Origin: Flavobacteriaceae bacterium
GTDB taxonomy: Bacteria > Bacteroidota > Bacteroidia > Flavobacteriales > Flavobacteriaceae
Length of the DNA: 64,000 bases
Direction: 5' to 3'
NCBI GenBank assembly: GCA_002707745.1
Contig: PANU01000022.1
Location: forward strand, 3,920-67,919
In this document: one piece after another, positions 10,788 to 19,684 of the stretch
Layout: the number at the start of each line of letters is the position of its first letter
How positions within the stretch are numbered: the first letter of the stretch is position 1
Notes under the pieces: model-generated
The model's input: the letters and a program-made list of their open reading frames with translations, nothing else
Databases searched by the model: none
Told to the model about the DNA's origin: nothing
Made by a program: the position numbers and the translations under genes

Positions 10788-11540
10788 ATGCCTAGAAAAA
10801 TAGTAGCCGGAAACTGGAAAATGAATAACGATCTTTCTGAAACCGAAACCTTATTAAAAGAATTAAAAAAACAGGTTATCCCTGAAGATGTCTCTGTAAT
10901 GGTAGCGCCTTCATTTACAAATTTATACGCTGCTTTTGAGTCGGTGCGGGAGCATCCTATTCAGGTGATTGCTCAAAATATGCATCAGTCTACAAAAGGA
11001 GCTTTTACGGGTGAGGTTTCAGCAGCAATGCTAAAGAGTGTAGGGGTAAAAACCGTTATTATTGGTCACAGTGAACGTCGTGCGTATTTCAATGAAACAG
11101 ACGAACTGTTGGCTGAAAAAGTAAATACGGCTCTGGAAAATGAAATGCAGGTTATTTTTTGCGTAGGAGAGGAGCTGTCTGACAGGGAAAACGGAGACCA
11201 GTTTGAGGTGATTCAAAATCAGTTGGAAAATGGATTATTCCATATTTCTAACGATAGCTGGAGCCAAATTATTCTGGCGTATGAGCCTGTCTGGGCTATT
11301 GGTACGGGAGAAACGGCGAGTCCTAAACAAGCTCAGGAAATGCATAAATTTATACGGGACGCTATTGCAAAACACTATTCTGAACGTATCGCCAAAGAAA
11401 CTTCTATTTTATACGGTGGGAGTGTAAAGCCAGCAAATGCAAAGGAAATTTTTGCTAAAAAAGATGTAGATGGAGGACTCATTGGGGGCGCAGCATTAAA
11501 AGCGGGAGATTTTATGGCAATCATTAATGCTTTCGAATAG
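10788..11540 (+). CDS. tpiA: Triosephosphate isomerase
   Basis: AGNWKMN, GHSERR, AYEPVWAIGTG, YGGSV. Confidence 0.99.
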   Translation: MPRKIVAGNWKMNNDLSETETLLKELKKQVIPEDVSVMVAPSFTNLYAAFESVREHPIQVIAQNMHQSTKGAFTGEVSAAMLKSVGVKTVIIGHSERRAYFNETDELLAEKVNTALENEMQVIFCVGEELSDRENGDQFEVIQNQLENGLFHISNDSWSQIILAYEPVWAIGTGETASPKQAQEMHKFIRDAIAKHYSERIAKETSILYGGSVKPANAKEIFAKKDVDGGLIGGAALKAGDFMAIINAFE

Positions 11541-11603
11541 GTAGAAAGGTATTGTCACACTAAGTTTGTTGAAGTACTACGCCCATCAATCTAAACTCAA
11601 AAC

Positions 11604-12440
11604 ATGTCCAATATATATATAGAATATAATTTTAACGTTCATCCTTTCCAGCCGGGAACTGAAATCCTAATTGCCGAATTGGGCCAGGCAGGTTTTGAAA
11701 GTTTTGTTGAACATGAAAAAGGGGTGCAGGCGTATATTCAAAAAGGAGAATGGCACCAGGGAATTCTGGATGAGGTGTATATACTGAAATCGGCTGAATT
11801 TGACATCACATTTCAGCAACAGGAAATAGCGCAGGTAAACTGGAATGAAGAATGGGAAAAAAATTTCCAGCCCATTGTGGTGGCCGATGCGTGTGCTGTA
11901 AGAGCACCTTTTCACGAACCTTTTCATGTGGAATACGAAATAATTATTGAGCCCAATATGAGTTTTGGAACGGGACATCATGAAACTACATTTATGATGC
12001 TACAACATATTTTAGAATCAGATTGTAAAGGGAAGCGGGTTTTAGATATGGGTTGTGGTACGGCTGTGCTGGCAATTTTAGCCGAAATGAAAGGCGCCAC
12101 AAGTCTCGATGCCATAGATATAGACGAATGGTGCGTGGAGAATAGTAAAGAAAACTTACAACGCAATAACTGTACACATACTTCCACTATTTTGGGAGGA
12201 GCTGAGGTAATCCCAGCAGAAAAAAAATACGACCTAATTATCGCTAACATCAACCGAAATATCCTTTTGGAAGATATGCATGTGTATGTTTCGGTATTAA
12301 AAAAAGGAGGGGATCTTTTCTTGAGTGGTTTTTACAAGGAAGACCTGCCAATTATAACCGAATGTTGCAATAAATTAGGGCTTACTTTCGGTCAAAATAG
12401 AGAAAAAAACAACTGGATAGCCGCAAAATTTGTAAATTAG
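11604..12440 (+). CDS. prmA: 50S ribosomal protein L11 methyltransferase
   Basis: PNMSFGTGHHETT, LDMGCGTAVL, ANINRN. Confidence 0.95.
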   Translation: MSNIYIEYNFNVHPFQPGTEILIAELGQAGFESFVEHEKGVQAYIQKGEWHQGILDEVYILKSAEFDITFQQQEIAQVNWNEEWEKNFQPIVVADACAVRAPFHEPFHVEYEIIIEPNMSFGTGHHETTFMMLQHILESDCKGKRVLDMGCGTAVLAILAEMKGATSLDAIDIDEWCVENSKENLQRNNCTHTSTILGGAEVIPAEKKYDLIIANINRNILLEDMHVYVSVLKKGGDLFLSGFYKEDLPIITECCNKLGLTFGQNREKNNWIAAKFVN

Positions 12441-12447
12441 TACACCT

Positions 12448-12723
12448 ATGAGCACGCAAGAACAACAGTTAGAAGAATTATTACTCGCCGAAGACGTACA
12501 GAAACAAAACGAAATTGTATTGTATAACGACGATGTAAACACCTTCGATCACGTTATTGATACCTTAATTTACGCCTGCGAACACACTCCGGAACAAGCC
12601 GAACAATGTTCAATTATTGTTCACTACAAAGGCAAATGCACGGTAAAGACAGGAGCGCTTACCGAACTTAAGCCTCGTTGTAGTATGTTGTTGGATGTAG
12701 GCCTCTCGGCCGAAATTATTTAG
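12448..12723 (+). CDS. clpS: ATP-dependent Clp protease adaptor
   Basis: LYNDDVNTFDHVI, VHYKGKC. Confidence 0.92.
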   Translation: MSTQEQQLEELLLAEDVQKQNEIVLYNDDVNTFDHVIDTLIYACEHTPEQAEQCSIIVHYKGKCTVKTGALTELKPRCSMLLDVGLSAEII

Positions 12724-12846
12724 GTTCTTTTAACCAGTTTAAGGCTTTAGTTTCTTCGCTTTCTGAAAATCCTTTAATAAACTGACACAAATACCAACAA
12801 AAAATCCGAAACAGCCTATCTATCAGTTGTATGAGGGTGTATTTCA

Positions 12847-12971
12847 TGCCCACGACAGGATTGTTTCACAACCTGACAAAGCTCCGCTTTGAAAATACTT
12901 AAAACAAAAAAGCTCAAGTAAACCTGGCGTTTTTTCTTATTGAACTATTCATTCGTCACCTCGACAGGATT
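12847..12971 (-). repeat. Two degenerate copies of the tRNA-Arg 3' end (att-like scars)
   Basis: gtcacctcgacaggatt (12955-12971) matches 13126-13142 at 16/17; tgcccacgacaggatt (12847-12862) matches 13127-13142 at 14/16. Confidence 0.65.
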
Positions 12972-13087
12972 TACTTTCCTTTAAGCTCCCGCCTTACAAT
13001 GCAAAGTAAGCATCGCATAAAAGGGATGCACTTTTTTTGCATCCTGCCTCTTACATAAGCTTTTGGCTTTTGACGTGTCATGATACA

Positions 13088-13118
13088 AAAAAAGTCCGCA
13101 CTACTGTGCAGACTTTTT
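13088..13118 (-). terminator. Intrinsic terminator after tRNA-Arg
   Basis: aaaaaagtccgcac-tact-gtgcagactttt hairpin with T-run on the minus strand. Confidence 0.7.
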
Positions 13119-13126
13119 GCTCTAAG

Positions 13127-13200
13127 TGACCTCGACAGGATTCAAACCTGTAACCTCTTGAGCCGTAATCAAGTGCGCTATTCAGTTGCGCCACGAGGCC
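13127..13200 (-). tRNA. tRNA-Arg (anticodon ACG)
   Basis: GGCCTCG acceptor stem, GCGC D-stem, CTTGA-TTACGGC-TCAAG anticodon arm, ACAGG-TTTGAAT-CCTGT T-arm; CCA not encoded. Confidence 0.96.
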
Positions 13201-13435
13201 TAATATTTATTTTTCTCCATCGTCTGCCAGCCGCTGTTTTGAGATATTTTTCTCTTTTTCTAGCCTCGGCTCGCGTTTCAAAAATTTCTTTATGAACATG
13301 AATCCAAGGAGTGAAAGCCTATGTTGACTTTGTTTTTCCGCTATTATGCTCATGCAATCTTTCGTCAAAACGATCTGTCATACCAACATAATACCTGTCA
13401 AACTTAAAACTATAAAGAACATAAACATAAAACAT
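13178..13435 (-). pseudogene. Small GIY-YIG nuclease with one in-frame TAG; terminal stop lies inside tRNA-Arg
   Basis: MFYVYVLYS..DRYYVGMT..ERLHEHNSGKTKST*AFTPW..EARKREKYLKTAAGRRWRKINIRPRGATE*; internal TAG at 13319-13321. Confidence 0.88.
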
Positions 13436-13449
13436 ATTGCTAAATTTTA

Positions 13450-13516
13450 TGCGCCCCGCCCGAACGGGACTAACGTCAGTTCGGCTCGGGCGGGTATTCA
13501 GTTGCGCCACGAGGCC
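13450..13516 (-). repeat. Duplicated 5' 27 nt of tRNA-Arg interrupted by a 40-bp palindromic insertion
   Basis: GGCCTCGTGGCGCAACTGAATA (13516-13495) + insert CCCGCCCGA...TCGGGCGGG (13494-13455) + GCGCA (13454-13450). Confidence 0.9.
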
Positions 13517-13787
13517 GTGTTTCAGTACTTTGTTTGCGTATTTTAAGGTAATGCCTTTAACAACACATAGCCCTATAACCAGTAAGCAAACATATTTGCT
13601 TTGTTAGCGGGTGCAAATATATTTCTTTTTGTTTGGTTGCACAACCTAGTTGCGTAAAATTTATATTCTTATAAAAACTTTCTAGAATAGAAAATAGACC
13701 CTTTTTCTAATCTTATGTGTATTTTTATGAAAAGCTTAGTAGAATAAGCACAACAAAACCTTATTTTTATATTTAAAACTTATTTAT

Positions 13788-13946
13788 ATGACCAAGATTG
13801 TAAAAGACTCAGATAATGAACAAGAGCGCGACTATATTTTTCAGGATAATAAAAAAACTGTATTTGGGGCTCGTTTCATTATAGTTACCCTTATTCTTTT
13901 AGTTATTGCAGTGCTAATAACCGGGTATTTTTTAGAATGGTTTTAA
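13788..13946 (+). CDS. Small single-TM membrane protein (52 aa, below the ORF-track cutoff)
   Basis: MTKIVKDSDNEQERDYIFQDNKKTVFGARFIIVTLILLVIAVLITGYFLEWF*; ends 9 nt before apt. Confidence 0.7.
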   Translation: MTKIVKDSDNEQERDYIFQDNKKTVFGARFIIVTLILLVIAVLITGYFLEWF

Positions 13947-13955
13947 ACGAATACA

Positions 13956-14471
13956 ATGCTCGACATAGAACAATACATACGTGAAATCCCGGATTTTCCC
14001 AAGCAAGGAGTGGTTTTTAAAGATATTTCTCCGCTTTTGGCACACCCTGAAGCAATGAAAATCTGCCTTGAGGAACTGTTGCGGTTAACAGAAATGCAAC
14101 CCATAGATAAAGTGGTTGGTATTGAGTCCAGAGGTTTTTTCTTCGCTACCCTATTGGCGCAAGAGCTCCAGGCAGGTTTTGTTCCTATACGAAAGCCAGG
14201 GAAACTACCCTACAACACCTTGAAACAACCTTATACGCTGGAATATGGGATGGATTCTTTAGAAATTCATGAAGACGCTATTCAGAAAGGGGATAAAGTA
14301 TTGTTGCATGACGACGTGCTGGCTACCGGGGGAACAGCACAAGCAGCGTGTCGCCTAATAGAACAACTTGGTGGAGAAATTGTACAATGTAATTTTTTGA
14401 TAGAACTATCTTTCCTAAAAGGCGCCAACAAGCTTAAAAATCATGAAATACGGTCTTTACTCACATATTAA
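13956..14471 (+). CDS. apt: Adenine phosphoribosyltransferase
   Basis: PDFPKQGVVFKDI, ESRGF, RKPGKLP, DDVLATGGT. Confidence 0.98.
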   Translation: MLDIEQYIREIPDFPKQGVVFKDISPLLAHPEAMKICLEELLRLTEMQPIDKVVGIESRGFFFATLLAQELQAGFVPIRKPGKLPYNTLKQPYTLEYGMDSLEIHEDAIQKGDKVLLHDDVLATGGTAQAACRLIEQLGGEIVQCNFLIELSFLKGANKLKNHEIRSLLTY

Positions 14472-14620
14472 TCCAAGGAGTTTTTAGTGACCCATAACTT
14501 ATAGGCAAACAATGCCATTTGTAGTTTTGAGGCCTTTGCCAGGTCAACTTCTTTTTTGGTGAGGCTGGGTAAAACAGCCTTGTTAATCTTTGCTAGTGTT
14601 TTAAAGAATTTCTTTTTCAT
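14468..14620 (-). CDS. Small basic conserved protein (50 aa)
   Basis: MKKKFFKTLAKINKAVLPS...VTKNSLD resembles a short Flavobacteriaceae family; ATG at 14620 preferred because the longer start overlaps a terminator hairpin. Confidence 0.65.
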   Translation of the reverse strand: MKKKFFKTLAKINKAVLPSLTKKEVDLAKASKLQMALFAYKLWVTKNSLD

Positions 14621-14712
14621 CTTTACAACGTTTTCGTCTTTTAAAAATAGTGAAATAAAAAAGTCTTTCAGCAATGCCGAAAGACTTTATGTTTTCTTTA
14701 AAGGTTTGTAAA

Positions 14713-17127
14713 TTACATATGCACTACAATTGGGTTAATTGCCTCATCATCATCAGTCTGTATAGATTTTGAAACTTTACTTCCTTTTCCATTGTCGAAT
14801 GTAGCTTTAATACTGGTAATTTCGCCACTATTGTTTCGTTTTACCCGTTTGTAGTTAAATGTAACTCCTCTTTTGGAAAGTTCGGTTTTCATTGTTTTCA
14901 GTTGTGCATCGGTAGTGTGTTTAGTAATCACAATTTTATGTGAATGCAAACTATTTAGTTCTGTATTAATTTTATAGTTTGCTTTAGCTATTTCTGCTTC
15001 GGCTTTACGCATTGCTGCAGCTTCTTTTTGTAATTGAGATTGGGAAGTAAGGATTTTTCTTCGAGTTTCTGCAATTTCGGCATGTGCTTTACGTAGGTGC
15101 TCATTTCTGGTTGTATGGATTTTTTTTCGAAGTTCAGCAGCATTTGTCAAGGCTTCTTTTCGGGTTTCCATTGTTTCTTGTCTTTGTTTCAACATGGCTT
15201 TTCTTTGATCGGTACGCAAAGCTTTTTGTCTGGAACCAAATCCAGACGTTCCATTTTCAGCATCCATATAAAAGTAGAAATCGGCTATGGGCGCTCCATC
15301 ATCACTGGATACAGAATAGGTGCCATTGTTTCCAAGACCACTGTACTGTATAGTAATGGAAGTAATTTCACCTTTGTTGTTAAAATTTACATTGCTATAG
15401 TTGAATTCTATATCGTGTAGTTTTTTTAACTCATTTTTAAAACCTTGCAGTTCATCTTTGGTGGTGTTTTTTGAAATTTTTATGCGTATTTCTTTTACTG
15501 AAGATTTTTCTGTGCTTTTTACTGGGGCTTTTGTTTTTTGTTCTGAAGTCACTTTGTTTACCTCCACAAATGTTGAAACTCCATTAAAAAACAAAACGCC
15601 TTCTTTTCCTTTTTCACCGTATTTTTCTGCCCCTTCTTTTGTATTGAAAACTTCTACCGTGCCATCCAGTTCGATTGTTTTTTCTTTTGGTAATTCGTTT
15701 TTTAGGTATTCCTTACCATTAATTATGTAAAGCGGATTCTCCCCAAGCATAGGTGCAGGATCTTTTAGCATTGGTTTTTCCCGGACACTTTTTGAATCTG
15801 AATCGGTGATTATAACTTTATCCAGAAATACTAACCTTTTTTTGGAAATTTTAAATTGTACAGTATCCTTTCCTGTTTCAGAAACTAATAAGACATCATT
15901 TTCCTGAGCTTGTATGGTATAAATGGTGTTGAAGGGAGCATCTGTACTGCGGTCAAAGCGGGTATAAAACCTATCGTTTCCTTTAAATTTAGTCTGAAAG
16001 CTAAAGTTGAGAAGTTTTCCGGAAGCATCTCTCTTTCTGTCTGCAATCTTCACCAAACTTTCAGGATGATGTACAGTAAAATAATCTTCCAGAGCGTCTA
16101 ATTCAGTATTTGTTGTTTCTGCCGAAAAATGCATCACCTTCTTTTCAATTGGAAAATCATTGTTTTTTTCTGAAGAAATTTTGGTAGGGGGGGAGGTGTA
16201 CTTAATAACTTCTTTGGTATTAAAACTCCATAGAAATAGTGCCAATGCTGGCAGCACAAGCATTAATTTAAACTGGTTGTACTTGTTTGAATTGCTTTTG
16301 TTTAACATAATGATTCGTTTTTTGACCTGCCCGTTTTGGAAAGGAATTTGAATTTCTTTTCCCAAAACGTTTAGGCGGGTGAATGATTGATAAAAATTAT
16401 TGGTAAGCGCTGGTACGGGTAAGGATGATGAAGCCTTGAGTAGCGCTAGTTGGTATTCAGTTTTTGAAGATACGCTGGACGCAGTTTGATGGTCTGCCAG
16501 AAATTCTAAATTTGCCTCCATGCATTTTTTGTAAAGCCAGGATACCGGGTTGCTCCATTGCAAGGCACATATTAAATTTGAAAGCAATACATCTATAGTA
16601 TGCCATTGCACAGCGTGTACTTTTTCGTGTTGTAAAATCATTTCCAGCTCTTGTGGGTTGTGGGTTTTAGGATTAAACACAATGTAGTTGAAAAATGAAA
16701 ATGGAGCTGTCGGATCCTTTATTTCAACAAAACGAAACTCATTCACCTTTTTTGAAGGATATTTCCTAAGTAAGTTAAAAAGTGATAAAAGTTGCATTGC
16801 AAAGCGAACTAGCATCATTGCGAGTCCAATGAAGTAAATTACCAGGATAACCTGCCATACATCTATGGGTTCTTCTATTGGAGTTGTCTGGGTTGATTGC
16901 AGGGGAATGATTTTTGAAAAACTTTCCGCAGGAACAAAAACTGGAGCCTCCACTAGCGTAACAGAAGTAAAAGTTACGAAAGGAAGAAATAATGCCGAAC
17001 CAATCCCAACCAGTAAAAAAGTACGGTTAGCGATAAAAAAGGTGTCTTTCCTGAGCACGAAAGCATACACCAAATAAAACAACGTTAATATTCCGGCCGA
17101 CTTTGCGATGTAGGTGATACATTCCAT
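14713..17127 (-). CDS. BlaR1-like M56 metallopeptidase/sensor with large C-terminal extracytoplasmic region
   Basis: N-terminal TM segments, PFSFF, HEKVH (HExxH), EFLAD, KKRIIML; plug-like NPLYIING segment and a coiled coil; adjacent to BlaI. Confidence 0.9.
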   Translation of the reverse strand: MECITYIAKSAGILTLFYLVYAFVLRKDTFFIANRTFLLVGIGSALFLPFVTFTSVTLVEAPVFVPAESFSKIIPLQSTQTTPIEEPIDVWQVILVIYFIGLAMMLVRFAMQLLSLFNLLRKYPSKKVNEFRFVEIKDPTAPFSFFNYIVFNPKTHNPQELEMILQHEKVHAVQWHTIDVLLSNLICALQWSNPVSWLYKKCMEANLEFLADHQTASSVSSKTEYQLALLKASSSLPVPALTNNFYQSFTRLNVLGKEIQIPFQNGQVKKRIIMLNKSNSNKYNQFKLMLVLPALALFLWSFNTKEVIKYTSPPTKISSEKNNDFPIEKKVMHFSAETTNTELDALEDYFTVHHPESLVKIADRKRDASGKLLNFSFQTKFKGNDRFYTRFDRSTDAPFNTIYTIQAQENDVLLVSETGKDTVQFKISKKRLVFLDKVIITDSDSKSVREKPMLKDPAPMLGENPLYIINGKEYLKNELPKEKTIELDGTVEVFNTKEGAEKYGEKGKEGVLFFNGVSTFVEVNKVTSEQKTKAPVKSTEKSSVKEIRIKISKNTTKDELQGFKNELKKLHDIEFNYSNVNFNNKGEITSITIQYSGLGNNGTYSVSSDDGAPIADFYFYMDAENGTSGFGSRQKALRTDQRKAMLKQRQETMETRKEALTNAAELRKKIHTTRNEHLRKAHAEIAETRRKILTSQSQLQKEAAAMRKAEAEIAKANYKINTELNSLHSHKIVITKHTTDAQLKTMKTELSKRGVTFNYKRVKRNNSGEITSIKATFDNGKGSKVSKSIQTDDDEAINPIVVHM
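16326..16379. repeat. 54-bp palindromic element inserted in-frame in the M56 gene
   Basis: cctgcccgttttgg...cccaaaacgtttaggcggg; exact removal restores YQSFIKKRIIML. Confidence 0.8.
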
Positions 17128-17128
17128 T

Positions 17129-17485
17129 TCAGTTCTTTTTTTCTATGATATTTAAAATCTCACGGAGTTCTTCGGCGCTAATTTTTTCCTCTTTTGCAAA
17201 AAAAGAAACCATACTCTTGTAGCTATTGTCAAAATACCGTTTGGTAGCTTGGCTCATAAATTTTTTGGTATATGCTGCCTTGCTCACAACAGGAAAATAC
17301 TGATGCGTTTTCCCAAAAGCCTGATGCGAAACATAGCCCTTCTCTTCCAGGTTTCTAACTATGGTAGACACTGTATTATAGTGATGATTGCCTGGCATAG
17401 CAGCCACAACTTCTTTTATGAAAGCTTTTTCCAGCTTCCATAGGGTTTGCATAATTTCTTCTTCTTTGTTTGTTAAAGCTTCCAT
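17129..17485 (-). CDS. BlaI/MecI/CopY family repressor
   Basis: LTNKEEEIMQTLW, YNTVSTIVRNLEEKG, YFDNSYKSMVSFF. Confidence 0.95.
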   Translation of the reverse strand: MEALTNKEEEIMQTLWKLEKAFIKEVVAAMPGNHHYNTVSTIVRNLEEKGYVSHQAFGKTHQYFPVVSKAAYTKKFMSQATKRYFDNSYKSMVSFFAKEEKISAEELREILNIIEKKN

Positions 17486-17490
17486 AGTTT

Positions 17491-17556
17491 CAAATATATA
17501 ACGAGTTTTTTAGTTATACAACTATTTTTGTAGTTATATAACTGCAAAAATAGTTG
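17491..17556 (-). promoter_or_regulatory. blaI promoter with three operator-like boxes
   Basis: TATATTTG (-7 element) at 17498-17491; AACTA-N6-TAGTT-like boxes at 17500, 17520 and 17540 (20-bp period). Confidence 0.75.
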
Positions 17557-17653
17557 GTTATTGTATGCTGGCTTGTATAAAGTAAAAATTTCGTATGTTG
17601 CTATTCGTGGCTCCTGCCTCATTTTAGTATCTTCGCTTCCTTAATATATAGGT

Positions 17654-18610
17654 ATGAGTATTCTGTTTATTTTTTTAGGATTGGTGCTTCTGGTAGTAGG
17701 AGGTGAGTTTTTGGTACGTGCATCTGTGGGGTTGTCCTTTAAGCTAAATCTTTCTAAAATGGTAATTGGATTAACGGTGGTGTCTTTTGCAACCTCTGCT
17801 CCAGAGCTTTTAGTAAGTGTTCAGGCAGCATTAAATGGGTTTAGCGATATATCTTTAGGAAATGTAATTGGGTCTAACATTGCAAACATTGGATTGGTGT
17901 TAGGGGTAACAGCCATTATAGCGCCTTTGGCAATTGACAGGGATTTTTATAAGTTTAATTGGCCGGTAATGATGTTGCTATCTGTTGTGCTCTATTTTAT
18001 TTTGAAAAGCGACAACGAAATTAACCTTTGGGAAGGTATTGGTTTAATGGCATTATTGTTTGTGTACCTGTACCTGTTAATTAACCGGGCGAGAAAAATG
18101 GCGAAAACTCATCCTGTAGACGACGGTGTAGACGACGGCCTTTCCAAAGCCAGTAATTTTAAAATTATTATCTGGTTGCTTATTGGTGGTGTGGCCTTGT
18201 ACGGCGGTAGTGAATTTTTGGTAACAGGGGCTGTAGATCTGGCAACTGCAATGGGTATAAGTGAACGCGTAATTGCGGTAACAATGATTGCAGTGGGCAC
18301 CAGTGTTCCAGAATTAGCTGCTTCGGTAATTGCAGCTTTAAAAAAGGAAAAGGCAATTTCACTTGGAAACCTAATTGGTTCCAATATTTTTAATATTGCT
18401 TCGGTATTAGGAATTACGGCAATCATTCAGCCTATTGCAGTAAAGAGCCAGGAAGTTTTAACGAATGATATCTGGTGGATGCTGGGCTTTGCAGCGGTGT
18501 TAATTCCATTGGCTTTTATTCCCAAAAAGTTTGAAATAGGACGTATTAAAGGACTTATTATTGTAGCTGCCTATTGTATTTTTATTGGTATGGCTTTTTT
18601 GAGGGATTAA
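17654..18610 (+). CDS. Calcium/sodium antiporter (YrbG, CaCA family)
   Basis: Two alpha repeats: ATSAPEL..GSNIAN and GTSVPEL..GSNIFN. Confidence 0.93.
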   Translation: MSILFIFLGLVLLVVGGEFLVRASVGLSFKLNLSKMVIGLTVVSFATSAPELLVSVQAALNGFSDISLGNVIGSNIANIGLVLGVTAIIAPLAIDRDFYKFNWPVMMLLSVVLYFILKSDNEINLWEGIGLMALLFVYLYLLINRARKMAKTHPVDDGVDDGLSKASNFKIIIWLLIGGVALYGGSEFLVTGAVDLATAMGISERVIAVTMIAVGTSVPELAASVIAALKKEKAISLGNLIGSNIFNIASVLGITAIIQPIAVKSQEVLTNDIWWMLGFAAVLIPLAFIPKKFEIGRIKGLIIVAAYCIFIGMAFLRD

Positions 18611-18883
18611 TTTTCAGATTTCAGAGTAGTGTTTTTGAGAAGTGCCAGAGGCTTTGGGAAGGTGTATTTCGTTTATTTTATTTAAATACTATAAAACAAA
18701 TGAGGCTAAACTGATTAATAAGAATTCTATAGCAGCCACTTAAACTTATTCTTTTGAGCGTAGTAAATTACGATTTAGTGCCTATATAGTTGCGGCTTTC
18801 CATGTGACATATTCATTATTTGGTAGTATGCAGAAAATGTTTTTGCCAGGTCTATTTTATGCCCAAAGCTCTTGTCTTTAATG

Positions 18884-19684
18884 TTAGTTGGTAATTATTA
18901 TTTTCTCTACTGCAATGATCTTACTTTCTTCTGTCAGCCGAATGAAATAGAGTCCGTTTGGAAGATTGTCACGGGATAATGAAACCGTCTTTCCCGAAAT
19001 ATTTTTTTCTTGTTTTACTGTCTGTCCGTATGAGTTGTAAAGTGTAAGGGTTGCATTTTTAAGGTAGCCATTTGTCTTTATAGTTGTCGAGGAAAAGAAA
19101 GGATTAGGAAAGATAGAAATACTATTCTCAGCTGTATTTTCATTAATTCCCAAGGTGGTTTGTCCCGACTCAATGCAAGCATTCGGGGTGCTCTCATAGG
19201 CGTAATCTTTTATGGTGAACGATGTGGATGTTGCTAGAAAATCTAAACGTGCCCACCCATAGTATGTGTTTGTCCCCACAATTAATTTTAGTGCTAAATA
19301 TTTGTTTGTTTCTCCCACCCAGTAACCTGTGTCTGTTCCCCAGGCCATTGTGCCAGGGTTATTGGAGTCATACCATGTTACTAGGGAGTCACAAATACTA
19401 TTAGCTGGAGATAATGCCCAAGGTAAATGTATGCCATCAACAAAATCACCCGAATAAGCATTGTTATTTTGAGGTTTACATAGCACCCTATCACTCAAAT
19501 CGAATTCAATTATAAAATCAACAACAGCATCATTATTCAAATCTAAAGCATAAGATGCATTAGGAGTAGTGTCAGGTATGTCAGTATATATAATTTGTGA
19601 ATATAATTTACTGTTGAAAATAAACACTAACAATAAGAAGCATACAGGTGCCACTTTTTTTAGAAATATACGTTTTGTTTCCAT
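18884..19684 (-). CDS. T9SS type-A sorting domain secreted protein
   Basis: Signal peptide, LDLNNDAVVDF, TYYGWARL..IKDYAY, C-terminal IFPNPF...GLYFIRL..KIII. Confidence 0.85.
   Translation of the reverse strand: METKRIFLKKVAPVCFLLLVFIFNSKLYSQIIYTDIPDTTPNASYALDLNNDAVVDFIIEFDLSDRVLCKPQNNNAYSGDFVDGIHLPWALSPANSICDSLVTWYDSNNPGTMAWGTDTGYWVGETNKYLALKLIVGTNTYYGWARLDFLATSTSFTIKDYAYESTPNACIESGQTTLGINENTAENSISIFPNPFFSSTTIKTNGYLKNATLTLYNSYGQTVKQEKNISGKTVSLSRDNLPNGLYFIRLTEESKIIAVEKIIITN

Noticed and set aside
13319-13321. Stop-codon recoding (TAG read-through) in the GIY-YIG gene
   Set aside because: TAG ends normal genes here (tpiA, prmA, clpS) and prfA is intact; a point mutation such as AAG to TAG is simpler
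13436-13510. N-terminal extension MAQLNTRPSRTDVSPVRAGR of the ORF-track 63-aa ORF
   Set aside because: It is a translation of the tRNA fragment plus the palindromic insert; GIY-YIG homology starts at ATG 13435
13450-13516. Second tRNA gene or intron-containing tRNA
   Set aside because: Only the first 27 nt are present; no anticodon or T arm follows
14468-14674. SmpB (SsrA-binding protein) label recalled for similar short proteins
   Set aside because: Far shorter than SmpB and lacks its motifs; left as hypothetical
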